Positions 8,690 to 20,464 of a stretch of DNA of 64,000 nt are shown piece by piece. The DNA comes from Oscillospiraceae bacterium (lineage in GTDB: Bacteria; Bacillota; Clostridia; Oscillospirales; UBA929). The stretch's first letter is position 1; each line of letters starts with the position of its first letter. The translations under genes were made by a program, and so were the position numbers. The DNA is taken from contig JAIRUW010000003.1 of NCBI GenBank assembly GCA_031254195.1, positions 9,248-73,247 of the forward strand, given 5' to 3'. The notes beneath the pieces are model-generated. The model ran no database searches and had not been told where the DNA came from. It saw only the letters and a program-made list of their open reading frames with translations.

Positions 8690-11428
8690 ATGGACAAGGT
8701 AAAAGCTGTCCTCCACAAGATAAAGTGCTTTTTTATCGCCGTATGGCGCACTGTGAAAAAAGGCGCGCGTAAAATCTTCAGCCCGGAGATCAAGCCCGGG
8801 GTGAAGCGTGTGTCGCGCATGTTCGGCGCGGTTTTAGGCGTGTTCGCCCGTATTCTGCTGGTCATGCTGCTGATTTTCGTCCTCACCGGCGCGATGATAG
8901 GCGTGTTCGGAGCGATTTATGTGACACGGTACCTCGACGTCAACACCGACATCGACTTAAACCAGTTCGACCTCGACCTCACCTCGCACATCTACGCCAA
9001 AGACCCGGACAACCCCGGCCAGTATATCCTGCTTGAAAGCCTTTCGGGGAAGGAAAACCGCATTTGGGTACCGTATGACGAGATACCGCGGAACATCATC
9101 GACGCCGTTGTCGCCATAGAAGACGAGCGTTATTGGTCGCACGAGGGAGTGGACTGGAAGCGCACGATCGGCGCGTTTTATACCCTTTTCCAGCCCGGCA
9201 GCAGCCAGTTCGGCGGCTCGACCATCACTCAGCAGCTGATTAAGAACCTCACCGGCGAAAAGGACGCCACCGTGGCCCGCAAGCTCCAGGAAATCTTCCG
9301 CGCGCTGGCCTTTGAGCGCACCTATCCCGGCGTCGCCGGCAAAGAGCTTATCTTGGAATATTATCTCAACACCGTCCATTTCGGCAGCCGTTGCGACGGC
9401 ATCGTAACGGCGGCGGAACAGTATTTTGGTAAGGCGCTGAACGAGCTGACGCTGGCCGAATGCGCCGCCCTGGTCGGCATTACCAACAACCCCTCCGTCT
9501 ATAACCCGTATTCCAACCCGAAGAACAACAAAAGACGGCAGGAGACCATCCTGTTTAAGATGCACGACCTGCAAATGATCACCCGGCATGAATACAACAT
9601 GGCAAAGTATGAACCCCTCACCTTCGCCCGGCGCGAAAACATGGCCGGCGGCGACAGGCTCAGGTCATGGTATGTTGATCAGATCATCCGTGATGTGACA
9701 GTAGACCTGATGGAAGAATGGGGCTGGAGCCCCATTCTGGCGCGGCAGTACATTTTTTCCGCCGGTGTCAATATTTACGCCTGCATCGACCTCAACATAC
9801 AGGCGGCGATGGACGCCATCTGGGCCGACGATTCCTGCTGGCCCGCCTCCCCCGACGCGGAACCGGCCGAAGCCGCGATGATGGTGATTGACCACACGAC
9901 CGGCGAGATCAAAGCGATGATCGGCGGGCGGGAAAAGACCGGCAATCTGGTGTTTGACCTCTCCACGCAAGCCAAACGGTCGCCCGGCTCGTCTATCAAA
10001 CCGATCACTGTCTACGCGCCCGCTTTTGATTTGGGGCTGATTACCCCATACTCGCCGGTGGACGATATGCCTGTGCAGAATGTGGACAACCGCGGCTGGC
10101 CGAAAAACTCTCCGGTCGGCTATGACGGGCATATGAACATCCTGCGCGGCGTTACGGTATCCAAAAACACCGTCGCCGTCCAAATCACCGATATGGTCAG
10201 CGTGGAAAAATCCTTTGAATATGCCACCGAGCGTTTCGGTCTGACTACCCTGATCGAGAGCAAGACCTTCGGCAATCAGGTCATGAGCGACCTCAGCCTG
10301 TCGCCGCTGGGGATGGGCTCGCTGACCGAAGGCGCGACGGTGCGGGAGATGACCGGAGCGTATGCCGCCATCGCCAACAGGGGCCTGCGCAACAAAACGC
10401 GCACCTACACCCATATCACCGACCAGACCGGCGCCATCGTCTTTGAAAATAAATCCAACCCGGTCTCCGCCATCAAGGATAAAGCCGCGTACTATATGGA
10501 AACCTGCCTCGTCAACGCCGTCGAAAGCGGTACAGGGCGGCGCGCGCGGCTGGACAATATGCCGGTCGCCGGTAAAACGGGTACGACCAGCGCCAACAAA
10601 GACCGCTGGTTCGCCGGTTATACCCCCTACTACACCGCCGTCTGCTGGTTTGGCTACTCCATCGGGCGCGACATGAATTACTATAACAATACCGTCGGCA
10701 ACCCCGCCGTCCACATGTGGCGGCAGGTGATGGAAAAGGCCCACGAGGGTTTGGAGCGCAAAGAGTTTGAACAGCCCGTCGATATGCGGACGTTCACCTA
10801 CTGCATCGACAGCGGCCTTCCCCCGAGCGACCTCTGCCGCCTTGACCCAAGGGGAGGGCGCACCTCCACGGGAGTGCTGGATAAAGACGACATTCCCCGT
10901 TCCACCTGCAATGTGCACACAGCCGCCAATATCTGCATCATATCCAATCAAATAGCAACCCCGTTCTGCCCGCCCGAGATGCTCAAGAAGACCACGCTGC
11001 TCAACCTCGTGCGCTGGTCGCCCATCCCCAACTTCGCCCTTGGCGACGAGCAGTATACCCTGCGGCTGTGGCAGGGCGCCGTGCCCGAACCGGAACCCGA
11101 GGATGAAGAACAGGAAGCCGGTGGTGTACCAGTGGCGGGGACTGGCGACGCGCCGCGTTACCGTGTCGTCTCCGTCGGCGCGGACGGCAAGACGCCGTAC
11201 AACGCTTTCTGCGTACACTGCGTCACCAACGCCCCGCCTCCTATAACCGACCCGGACGGCGGTGAAAACGGCGGCGAGCCGGAAGGGCCGGGCGGGGAAC
11301 CGACAGACCCGACGCCGGAGGGCGGCGATCCCGGACAACCCGACGCCACCCCGCCGCCTGACCCGGACGAACCGGCCGAACCGCCCGCCAACTGGTGGGA
11401 TGGGCTATTCCCCTCCCCATCTGGATAG
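8690..11428 (+). CDS. Class A penicillin-binding protein (bifunctional glycosyltransferase GT51 / transpeptidase, PBP1A-like)
   Basis: 912 aa. N-terminal TM segment. GT51 motifs ..AIEDERYWSHEGVD.. and ..GGSTITQQLIKN... Transpeptidase ..RSPGSSIKP.. and ..KTGTT... Pro/Glu-rich C-terminal tail. Confidence 0.9.
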   Translation: MDKVKAVLHKIKCFFIAVWRTVKKGARKIFSPEIKPGVKRVSRMFGAVLGVFARILLVMLLIFVLTGAMIGVFGAIYVTRYLDVNTDIDLNQFDLDLTSHIYAKDPDNPGQYILLESLSGKENRIWVPYDEIPRNIIDAVVAIEDERYWSHEGVDWKRTIGAFYTLFQPGSSQFGGSTITQQLIKNLTGEKDATVARKLQEIFRALAFERTYPGVAGKELILEYYLNTVHFGSRCDGIVTAAEQYFGKALNELTLAECAALVGITNNPSVYNPYSNPKNNKRRQETILFKMHDLQMITRHEYNMAKYEPLTFARRENMAGGDRLRSWYVDQIIRDVTVDLMEEWGWSPILARQYIFSAGVNIYACIDLNIQAAMDAIWADDSCWPASPDAEPAEAAMMVIDHTTGEIKAMIGGREKTGNLVFDLSTQAKRSPGSSIKPITVYAPAFDLGLITPYSPVDDMPVQNVDNRGWPKNSPVGYDGHMNILRGVTVSKNTVAVQITDMVSVEKSFEYATERFGLTTLIESKTFGNQVMSDLSLSPLGMGSLTEGATVREMTGAYAAIANRGLRNKTRTYTHITDQTGAIVFENKSNPVSAIKDKAAYYMETCLVNAVESGTGRRARLDNMPVAGKTGTTSANKDRWFAGYTPYYTAVCWFGYSIGRDMNYYNNTVGNPAVHMWRQVMEKAHEGLERKEFEQPVDMRTFTYCIDSGLPPSDLCRLDPRGGRTSTGVLDKDDIPRSTCNVHTAANICIISNQIATPFCPPEMLKKTTLLNLVRWSPIPNFALGDEQYTLRLWQGAVPEPEPEDEEQEAGGVPVAGTGDAPRYRVVSVGADGKTPYNAFCVHCVTNAPPPITDPDGGENGGEPEGPGGEPTDPTPEGGDPGQPDATPPPDPDEPAEPPANWWDGLFPSPSG

Positions 11429-11443
11429 AGAAAGCAGGTCTAT

Positions 11444-12514
11444 ATGGAGTATGCCGTCATTGCGCTCGCTTCCCTTTCCTTGCTTGTTTCCGTCATTTTG
11501 CTTATCCTGCTCATCAAGCAAAGGCAGGATAAGCTGTCTGAGCCGTTGGAGCGCATGGAGCGCCGCCTGCTTGACGCGATGGCGCGGGACGGGCTTTCTG
11601 TGGAGCAGAAATTGGAGCAGATACGCCAAACCACCGAGAGGCGGTTGGAAGCCATGCGCGGCGTGGTGGAGGAAAAGCTGCAAAAGACGCTGGACACGCG
11701 CATCAGTCAGTCATTTTCCCTTGTCAACGAACGTTTGGAGCAGGTTTACAAGGGATTGGGCGAGATGCAGGCTTTAGCGGTCGGGGTGGGCGACTTAAAG
11801 AAGGTGCTTTCCAACGTCAAAACGCGCGGTATATTGGGCGAAGTCCAACTGGGCGCGATTTTGGAGGAGCTGCTCTCCCCCGAACAGTATGACACCAATG
11901 TGACGACCGTCCCCAACAGCCGCATGGCGGTGGAATACGCCATCAGGATGCCGGGGGGCGGCGATGGCCCGGTTTGGCTCCCGATCGACAGCAAATTCCC
12001 CGCCGACCGCTACTCGGCCCTCTGCGACGCTTACGACACGGGCGACCCCGCCGCGATTGAGGTTGCGGCGCAAGCCATGCGCGGCAGTTTGCGGCAGTCG
12101 GCGAAGGATATACGGGACAAATACATACAACCGCCGCACACCACCGAGTTTGGCGTCCTCTTCCTCCCCTTCGAGGGTCTGTATGCCGAAGCGGTGCGGC
12201 GCGGGATGATTGAGGAGTTGCAGCGCGATTTCCGCATCAGCATCGCCGGCCCCGCTACGATGGGCGCTTTGCTCAACAGTTTCCAGATGGGTTTCCGCAC
12301 CCTTGCCATCCAGAAGCGCTCGGGCGAGGTTTGGGCGCTGCTCGGACAGGTCAAGGGGGAGTTTGTGAAGTTCTCTGATGTTTTGGACAAGACAAAGAAG
12401 CGTCTGGAGCAGGCCGGGGACGAGCTGGACACGCTGGTAGGCACGCGGACGCGCAGTATCATCCGTTCCTTGAAGGACGTCGAAAGCGACGATTCCGACC
12501 AAATGTTGACATAA
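11444..12514 (+). CDS. rmuC: DNA recombination protein RmuC
   Basis: 356 aa. N-terminal TM segment, a long coiled coil, then an RmuC nuclease-like core (..PVWLPIDSKFP..FGVLFLPFEGLYAEAV..). Confidence 0.8.
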   Translation: MEYAVIALASLSLLVSVILLILLIKQRQDKLSEPLERMERRLLDAMARDGLSVEQKLEQIRQTTERRLEAMRGVVEEKLQKTLDTRISQSFSLVNERLEQVYKGLGEMQALAVGVGDLKKVLSNVKTRGILGEVQLGAILEELLSPEQYDTNVTTVPNSRMAVEYAIRMPGGGDGPVWLPIDSKFPADRYSALCDAYDTGDPAAIEVAAQAMRGSLRQSAKDIRDKYIQPPHTTEFGVLFLPFEGLYAEAVRRGMIEELQRDFRISIAGPATMGALLNSFQMGFRTLAIQKRSGEVWALLGQVKGEFVKFSDVLDKTKKRLEQAGDELDTLVGTRTRSIIRSLKDVESDDSDQMLT

Positions 12515-12520
12515 GTTTTG

Positions 12521-12553
12521 TCATCAAATGTAACCCTTTTGATGATATTTTTC
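12521..12553 (+). terminator. Candidate terminator after rmuC
   Basis: TCATCAAA-(9 nt)-TTTGATGA followed by TATTTTTCC. The stem is AT-rich, so the call is only moderate. Confidence 0.4.
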
Positions 12554-12554
12554 C

Positions 12555-12584
12555 TTGTATTTTTGCGGTTCATCATCGTATAAT
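12555..12584 (+). promoter_or_regulatory. Candidate promoter of the VanW-family gene
   Basis: TTGTAT, 18-nt spacer, TATAAT (12579-12584). The SD GGAAGGAGAGG precedes the ATG at 12615. Confidence 0.4.
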
Positions 12585-12614
12585 AAGAGAGCACGAACGG
12601 GAAGGAGAGGAAAC

Positions 12615-14390
12615 ATGTCGCAATCGGTTGCCACAAAAACCCCCGCGAAAACCGCGAAGCCCGCGAACGCCGGGCGGCGGCGCGTCCTCACCCCGCTCGG
12701 AATTGTTTTGCTGAGCGTAGTCGGCCTGCTCTTCATCGCTTTTGTTTCCGCCTCCGCCTATGCCTTGACATACAGCCGTGTCTATCCCGGCCTGTCGGCA
12801 TATGGGATTGATTTCGGCGGCATGACGCGCGAAGAGGCGGGGCGCGCCCTTGCCGATAAAGTGGATGAAATCTACGCGGGGACATCTGTCACGCTCTCCC
12901 TTGACGGACAGGCTCTTGCGATAACGGCCGAGGACGCCCATGTGTCGCTGTCGGCATACGACGCGGCGGAAGCCGTCTACCAGGCGGGCCGTACCGGCGG
13001 CCTGTTCTCCCGCCTTTCCTTTGCCTTTTCCTCCCTCTATTCCCGCCATACGGTCGATATAGAGGAAAGTGCATTCGGTTTCTACATAAACAGGGAGGCT
13101 GTACACAGCATCGTCTCCCCTCTTTGCGATGGCCTTTTCCAGCAGCCTGTGGAATATTCATGGGAGATTGGCAAAAAGTCCATCGAAGTGGAAGGCGGGC
13201 GCGACGGGGCGTCCTCCGACCCCGACAGTATGACAGACGCCGTCGTCCGGCGGTTTGCCGACAGGGATTTCTCGCCCCTCTCCTTTGCATCGGAAGCCGT
13301 CCCGCCCGCGCCGCTCCCGCTTGAGGAGCTTCACGGCCAGATCTATGTGGAACCGCGGGACGCGCATATCACCCTTGATGATGACAGGCAGGCGTCCATC
13401 GTATCGCATGTGACCGGCGTCTCGTTTGATATGCAGAAGGCGCAGGAACAGCTCGCCGCCCGTCCCGAACGGCTTTCCATCCCGCTGGTCTACGCCGAAC
13501 CTGACATCACCGCGGCGATTTTAGAGGATAGCCTCTTCCGTGACCTGCTGGGGCAATATGCAACCTCCACCTCCGGCTCATCGCAGAACCGCATCACCAA
13601 CATCGACCTGACGGCGCAAGCCATGAACGGCGCCATCCTCCTGCCCGGCGAGGAGTTTTCCTTCAACAACGTCGTCGGGGAGCGCTCGGAGGCCCGCGGC
13701 TATAAGCCCGCCGGGGCATTCCTCAACGGGCAGATCGTAGACGACATCGGCGGCGGCGTCTGCCAGTCCTCCACCACCCTCTATAACGCCGTCCTGCTGT
13801 CCAATCTGAACATCGTCTTCCGGCAGGCCCACTCAATGACGGTGACCTATGTCCCGCTGGGCCAGGACGCCGCCGTTGACTGGGGGCGGATTGATTTTGT
13901 CTTTTCCAACGACACCGCCTACCCTGTCCGTGTTACGGCATGGTACGCCAACCAGCGCCTCACCGTTCAGGTATGGGGCACCAAAACCGACGACCTGACC
14001 GTTTCCATCGAAAGCGACATTATCGCCCACAGGCCCGCGCAGACGCTCACCGAACACAACCCCGAGCTAGCGCCGGGTACCAAAAAGACAAAAAACCCCG
14101 GTTCGGACGGCTGGACGGTACAAACCTACCGTGTCCTGAAAGACCCTGAGGGCAAGGTCGTTTACCGCAACCCGGAGGCAAGGTCGGGGTATATGAAGGT
14201 GGACACCGTCATAGAGATGGGAACCCCCGCCGGAGGCGACCTGCCTGACGGCCCGCCGGTGGTCCCGGTCACGCCCAACCCCACTCCAGACCCAGAGCCT
14301 GAACCGGAGCCGACGACAGAACCGGAACAGCCCGCGAGTATACCCGGCCAACCCGATACAGAAACTGAGGAGGATTTGAATGATTTATAA
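12615..14390 (+). CDS. VanW family protein with N-terminal TM anchor and C-terminal G5-like domain
   Basis: The start is moved to ATG 12615 (strong SD). VanW core ..LPGEEFSFNNVVGERSEARGYKPAGAF..GGGVCQSSTTLYNAVL... Followed by a G5-like segment and a Pro-rich tail. Confidence 0.85.
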   Translation: MSQSVATKTPAKTAKPANAGRRRVLTPLGIVLLSVVGLLFIAFVSASAYALTYSRVYPGLSAYGIDFGGMTREEAGRALADKVDEIYAGTSVTLSLDGQALAITAEDAHVSLSAYDAAEAVYQAGRTGGLFSRLSFAFSSLYSRHTVDIEESAFGFYINREAVHSIVSPLCDGLFQQPVEYSWEIGKKSIEVEGGRDGASSDPDSMTDAVVRRFADRDFSPLSFASEAVPPAPLPLEELHGQIYVEPRDAHITLDDDRQASIVSHVTGVSFDMQKAQEQLAARPERLSIPLVYAEPDITAAILEDSLFRDLLGQYATSTSGSSQNRITNIDLTAQAMNGAILLPGEEFSFNNVVGERSEARGYKPAGAFLNGQIVDDIGGGVCQSSTTLYNAVLLSNLNIVFRQAHSMTVTYVPLGQDAAVDWGRIDFVFSNDTAYPVRVTAWYANQRLTVQVWGTKTDDLTVSIESDIIAHRPAQTLTEHNPELAPGTKKTKNPGSDGWTVQTYRVLKDPEGKVVYRNPEARSGYMKVDTVIEMGTPAGGDLPDGPPVVPVTPNPTPDPEPEPEPTTEPEQPASIPGQPDTETEEDLNDL

Positions 14391-15471
14391 ACAGATGGGC
14401 AGCACAGGCAAGAAGGTAAGCGCCGTTGGCTTTGGCGCGATGCGTTTTCCTAAAGAAGAGTATGACAAAGACCTTGACATATGCGCCGAACTGGTGGTCA
14501 AAGCGGTCGGGATGGGGATCAACTACATAGACACCGCGCCCGGCTACTGCGAGGACAAGAGCGAGCTGATCGTAGGCCGCGCCCTGTCACAGATGAAGGA
14601 AAAGCCCTACATATCCACCAAGTGCGGCTTGTGGAACGCCAACAGGGCAAGCAGCGCGCGCCACAGAATCGAGCAGTCACTGAAAGCCCTTGGCACGGAC
14701 AAAATCACCTTCTATAACATGTGGTGCATCAAAAATATGGACGAATACCAACAAATGACGCGCAAAGACGGCAATTTCTACGGCATCCTCAAGGCCAAAG
14801 AGGAAAGGTTGGTCGAGCACATCTGCTGTACCGTACACGCCGACGGCGAGACGATTTCAAAAATCATCGCGGACGGCAAGGTGGATGTTGTTACACTCGG
14901 CTACAACGCCCTCAATTTCGCCTACCGCCGCGAGGGCGTCAAAGCCTGTTATGAGAAGGGCTTAGGCGTTGTGGTCATGAACCCGCTGGGCGGCGGCGTC
15001 ATCCCGCAGTATGCCGGCAAGTTCAGCTTCCTCAAAACCTCGCCCGAGGAAACGGTCGCAACGGCGGCGCTGAAATTCCTAATCGGGCACCCCGAAATCT
15101 CGGTCACCCTCCCCGGCATATCCAACCTGAGGGAGCTGGAGGAGTGTGTCGCCGCCGCCGGCAATGTAACGCCTGTTACGGAAGAAAGGCTAGCTGAGAT
15201 GTCCAAACTGCTCGGCAAAGAGCTGGACACCCTCTGCACCGGCTGCCAATACTGCGACGAATGCCCGGAAGGCGTCCCCATCCCGCAGCTGCTGGACGCT
15301 TACAACGGGTATATCCTGTCCGGTGATAAAAAGGAGGTCAAGCAGCGTCTGGGAATGCACTGGGGGCTGTCCCCCGATACCGCCGCCGCCTGCACGCAAT
15401 GCGGCCGGTGCGAGCCGCTGTGTACGCAGAAACTCCCGATCATCGAAAGGCTTGCCGAGATATGCTCGTAA
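14380..15471 (+). CDS. Aldo/keto reductase with a C-terminal 4Fe-4S cluster-binding extension
   Basis: MIYKQMGSTGKKVSAVGFGAMRF..INYIDTAPGY.. is an AKR N-terminus. The C-terminal Cys clusters are ..CTGCQYCDECP.. and ..CTQCGRCEPLC... Confidence 0.85.
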   Translation: MIYKQMGSTGKKVSAVGFGAMRFPKEEYDKDLDICAELVVKAVGMGINYIDTAPGYCEDKSELIVGRALSQMKEKPYISTKCGLWNANRASSARHRIEQSLKALGTDKITFYNMWCIKNMDEYQQMTRKDGNFYGILKAKEERLVEHICCTVHADGETISKIIADGKVDVVTLGYNALNFAYRREGVKACYEKGLGVVVMNPLGGGVIPQYAGKFSFLKTSPEETVATAALKFLIGHPEISVTLPGISNLRELEECVAAAGNVTPVTEERLAEMSKLLGKELDTLCTGCQYCDECPEGVPIPQLLDAYNGYILSGDKKEVKQRLGMHWGLSPDTAAACTQCGRCEPLCTQKLPIIERLAEICS

Positions 15472-16124
15472 TTCCTGGAGAAATAACAAATTGTATGGCC
15501 GCGCTGGTTCAGCGCGGCCATAAAGCCTACGCGGTAGGCGGCTGTATACGGGACAGTTTGCTGGGCGTTCCGCCGGGCGACTGGGACATCGCCACCTCCG
15601 CCCTGCCGCAAGAGGTACTGGACTGTTTGGGCGGCGAGGCCACCGGTCTGAAGTACGGTACGGTCACGGTGCAAGGCGTACAGGTGACGACCTTTCGGCG
15701 CGAGGGGGCATACAGCGACCACAGGCGCCCGGACAAGGTGGAGTTTGTCGGCGATTTGGAAACCGACCTCGCCCGCCGCGATTTTACCGTCAACGCCATG
15801 GCGGTCGGTATGAACGGCACGCTCATAGACCTGTTCGACGGACAGGAGGATTTGACAAAAAAGCTGATACGCGCCGTCGGAAACCCGCATATCCGTTTTA
15901 TGGAAGACGCGTTGCGGATACTGCGCGCCCTCCGCTTTGCGTCGGTGCTGGATTTTGCCTTAGAAGAAGAGACCCGCGCGGCGTTGCTGTCAAGCATTGA
16001 TACTTTACGTTTTTTGACAAAGAAGGTAACTGCCCGGGAGGTCGAAAAACTCCGGGCCGGTATGGGCGCGGAGCGAATCATGCGGGAGTACGCCCCGCTA
16101 ATCCCCGCCCTCGATACGGTTTAG
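15462..16124 (+). CDS. Short class II nucleotidyltransferase (CCA-adding / poly(A) polymerase head-and-neck region only, 220 aa)
   Basis: The ATG at 15462 overlaps the AKR stop. ..AYAVGGCIRDSLLG..DWDIAT.. (GG..RD motif), ..RRDFTVNAMA.., ..EDALRILRALRFAS... The ORF ends after about 220 aa and overlaps the recG 3' end by 27 nt. Confidence 0.7.
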   Translation: MLVIPGEITNCMAALVQRGHKAYAVGGCIRDSLLGVPPGDWDIATSALPQEVLDCLGGEATGLKYGTVTVQGVQVTTFRREGAYSDHRRPDKVEFVGDLETDLARRDFTVNAMAVGMNGTLIDLFDGQEDLTKKLIRAVGNPHIRFMEDALRILRALRFASVLDFALEEETRAALLSSIDTLRFLTKKVTAREVEKLRAGMGAERIMREYAPLIPALDTV

Positions 16125-18068
16125 TAAAGCCTCTACCGCCGCCTTCAGGGCGGCGTGCTGCCGCCAAGAGCCTTGCAGCGCTTCGGCGGCTTCGCGTGAT
16201 GCTTGCAAAACATCCATATCGTTGGACAGATCGGCGATTTTGAACTCCGGCAGCCCATGCTGGCGGTTCCCGAAGAAGTCGCCCGGCCCGCGAAGCCGCA
16301 AGTCCGCCTCCGCGACGGCATAGCCGTCGTGTTCCCGGCGCAAAACCTCCAAGCGCTCCCGCGCCGAATTGTTTTGCATGAACAGCACGCAATGGGATTC
16401 GCGCTTTCCGCGCCCCACCCGTCCCCGGAGCTGGTGAAGCTGGCTCAGCCCGAAGCGTTCGGCGTTCTCCACCACCATCAGCGCCGCGTTGGGCACATCG
16501 ACCCCCACCTCGATGACGGTGGTGGCGACCAATATGTCAATCTCCCCGTCCGCGAAGCCGCGCATGACGCTTTCGCGGTCTTTTGCTTTGATTTTGCCGT
16601 GCAGAAGCCCGACGCGCAAGTCCGGGTAAACCTCCGCCCTGATTTCTTCCGCGTAAGCGTCGGCGGACCGCAAGCCCAGCTCCTCATTCTCCTCGATGAC
16701 CGGGCATACGATATACACCTGCCCGCCCTCTTGAACCGTCTTGCGGACAAACGCCTCTATTCGGTGGCGGACCTCCTCGTCCACCACATACGTCTTGACC
16801 GGCATACGTCCCGGCGGCAAGCCGCGCATGACCGTCACATCAAGGTCGCCGTACAGGATACGCGCCAAGGTGCGCGGGATGGGGGTGGCGGACATGACGA
16901 GGCGGTGCGGCTCCTCCCCTTTGGTAAAAAGCCGCGCTCTCTGTTCCACGCCAAAACGGTGCTGTTCATCGGTCACCACCAGCCCCAGCTTGGCAAACGA
17001 CACCGTTTCCGACAGCAGCGCGTGGGTGCCGACGGCCAGGTGTATGTCCCCGCTTGCGATGCCGCTCAGCGCCTTTTTGTCCCGCCCGGTCAGCAAACCG
17101 GCGCGAAGCCCCAGCGGTTCAAACAGTTTGCCCAGCGACCGGGCGTGCTGTTCAGCCAGTATCTCCGTGGGTACCATCAGCGCCGTCTGGTACCCGTTTT
17201 GAAATGCCATATACGCGGCGGCGGCGGCCACCGCCGTTTTGCCGCACCCGACGTCGCCCTGTATCAGCCGGTTCATGCCGCTCAAGCAGTCTTTTTGTAT
17301 GTCCCCGATCGCGCTCCGCTGCGCCTCTGTCGGCTCGAACGGCAGAGCCTTATAAAACGGCTCCATGTTAGCTTCCTTGAACGGAGGCCCCGGCGTCTTG
17401 TCTATTCGCCCGCGCCTTACGGACAGCCCCAGCTGCAACAACAGCAGTTCCTCAAACACAAGGCGCTTGCGCGCGACGGACAGCAGCTCCTCCGTCTGCG
17501 GGAAATGTATGTTCTCGGCGGCAAACCGCGCCGTACATAGGCTATACGTCTGCCGCGTTTCGTCCGGCAGCGTTTCCGGCGGCTCCAGTTTTTCCAGCGC
17601 CTGCTTCGCCGCGTTACGCAGTGTCCCTTGCGTTAAGCCCGCCGTGGCGCGGTAGACGGGGAGGATGCGTCCTGTGGTCCCGCCCATCTCCCGCTCAAAG
17701 ACGGGGTTTATCATTCCCCGGTTTTCACCAATTTTTCCGAAGAAAACATACGTCTCGCCCCAAACCAGCGCGTTTTTGACGTACGGCGCGTTGAAGAAGG
17801 TCAAAAACAGCTCGCCTGTTTCGTCAAAGACCTTCGTTTTGTAAAGGTCCAACCCTTTGCGTATATGCGCGCCGGTCACATTCGACGCGACCGTCGCGCG
17901 AAAACAAGCGGCCTCGCCGGGGCGCAGTTCGCGGATGGGGACGATTTTCGTCCTGTCCTCATAGGCGCGGGGAACAAAGGCCAATACATCCTCAACGGAA
18001 AAGAGCCCTAGCTTTTGAAACAAGCGGGCTCTTTTTTCCCCTATACCTTTGAGGTATTGGATATCCAT
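16098..18068 (-). CDS. recG: ATP-dependent DNA helicase RecG
   Basis: 656 aa. Wedge/OB N-terminus, ..GDVGCGKTAVAA.. (Walker A), ..VVTDEQHRFG.., ..QLHQLRGRVGRG... Confidence 0.95.
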   Translation of the reverse strand: MDIQYLKGIGEKRARLFQKLGLFSVEDVLAFVPRAYEDRTKIVPIRELRPGEAACFRATVASNVTGAHIRKGLDLYKTKVFDETGELFLTFFNAPYVKNALVWGETYVFFGKIGENRGMINPVFEREMGGTTGRILPVYRATAGLTQGTLRNAAKQALEKLEPPETLPDETRQTYSLCTARFAAENIHFPQTEELLSVARKRLVFEELLLLQLGLSVRRGRIDKTPGPPFKEANMEPFYKALPFEPTEAQRSAIGDIQKDCLSGMNRLIQGDVGCGKTAVAAAAAYMAFQNGYQTALMVPTEILAEQHARSLGKLFEPLGLRAGLLTGRDKKALSGIASGDIHLAVGTHALLSETVSFAKLGLVVTDEQHRFGVEQRARLFTKGEEPHRLVMSATPIPRTLARILYGDLDVTVMRGLPPGRMPVKTYVVDEEVRHRIEAFVRKTVQEGGQVYIVCPVIEENEELGLRSADAYAEEIRAEVYPDLRVGLLHGKIKAKDRESVMRGFADGEIDILVATTVIEVGVDVPNAALMVVENAERFGLSQLHQLRGRVGRGKRESHCVLFMQNNSARERLEVLRREHDGYAVAEADLRLRGPGDFFGNRQHGLPEFKIADLSNDMDVLQASREAAEALQGSWRQHAALKAAVEALLNRIEGGD

Positions 18069-19910
<1,842 letters not shown>

Positions 19911-19921
19911 TTTAACACATC

Positions 19922-20464
19922 CTAACCATAAACAAGGGGCGATAGCACCCCTATATAAGGTAGATTACGGTACTTTTCGGCATAATCCAACCCGTAGCCC
20001 ACAACAAAGGCGTCGGGGATGGTAAACCCTATATAGCGGCATTTCACATCTACCCCGGGGGCGCGGCGTTCCGGTTTGTCCAGCAGTGTGCAGATTTCGA
20101 TCGACGCCGGATTCCTCGCCTCCATCAAATTCATAATATACCGCAAAGTCATCCCGCTGTCAAGGATGTCCTCAACAATAAGCACATGTTTCCCCTCGAC
20201 AGACTGATCCATGTCTTTCATGATTTTTACAACACCGGAGGTCTTATCGCCCATTCCATAGGAGCTGATCGACATAAAGTCGATCCCCGCCGATACCGTC
20301 ACGGTTCGCATCAAGTCCGCCATAAAAACGACAGAACCCTTGAGAACACTGACCATAAGCAGTCTCTCCCCTTCATAGTCACGGGAGATTTCCGCCCCTA
20401 ATTCACGTACGCGCGTTATAATTTGCTCCTCTGTCAATAGGATTCTGTCCAAGTCCGGGTGCAT
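19922..20464 (-). CDS. hpt: Hypoxanthine phosphoribosyltransferase
   Basis: The start is set at ATG 20464 (SD GGAAGGAG). PRPP loop ..VLIVEDILDSGMTL... C-terminus ..GYGLDYAEKYRNLPYIGVL... Confidence 0.9.
   Translation of the reverse strand: MHPDLDRILLTEEQIITRVRELGAEISRDYEGERLLMVSVLKGSVVFMADLMRTVTVSAGIDFMSISSYGMGDKTSGVVKIMKDMDQSVEGKHVLIVEDILDSGMTLRYIMNLMEARNPASIEICTLLDKPERRAPGVDVKCRYIGFTIPDAFVVGYGLDYAEKYRNLPYIGVLSPLVYG

Noticed and set aside
9665-11338. Very long antisense ORFs opposite well-supported genes. Examples: 9665-11338 (557 aa, opposite PBP1A), 16203-17540 (opposite recG), 18015-19367 (opposite ftsH), 24114-25157 (opposite gdpP), 32343-33689, 39350-40861, 44852-46138 and 58997-60361.
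   Set aside because: Their translations are Arg/Gly/Pro/Ala/His-rich low-complexity strings with no recognisable motifs. The opposite strand carries unmistakable conserved proteins. Stop-codon-poor antisense frames are expected at ~60-65% G+C.
11090-11428. Pro/Glu/Gly-rich tails of PBP1A (11090-11428) and VanW (14230-14390), and the linker at 6250-6470, as possible DNA-level tandem repeats or inserted elements.
   Set aside because: No exact nucleotide periodicity was seen when reading them. They look like ordinary low-complexity extracellular linkers, unlike the valS insertion, which has exact DNA repeats and a palindrome.
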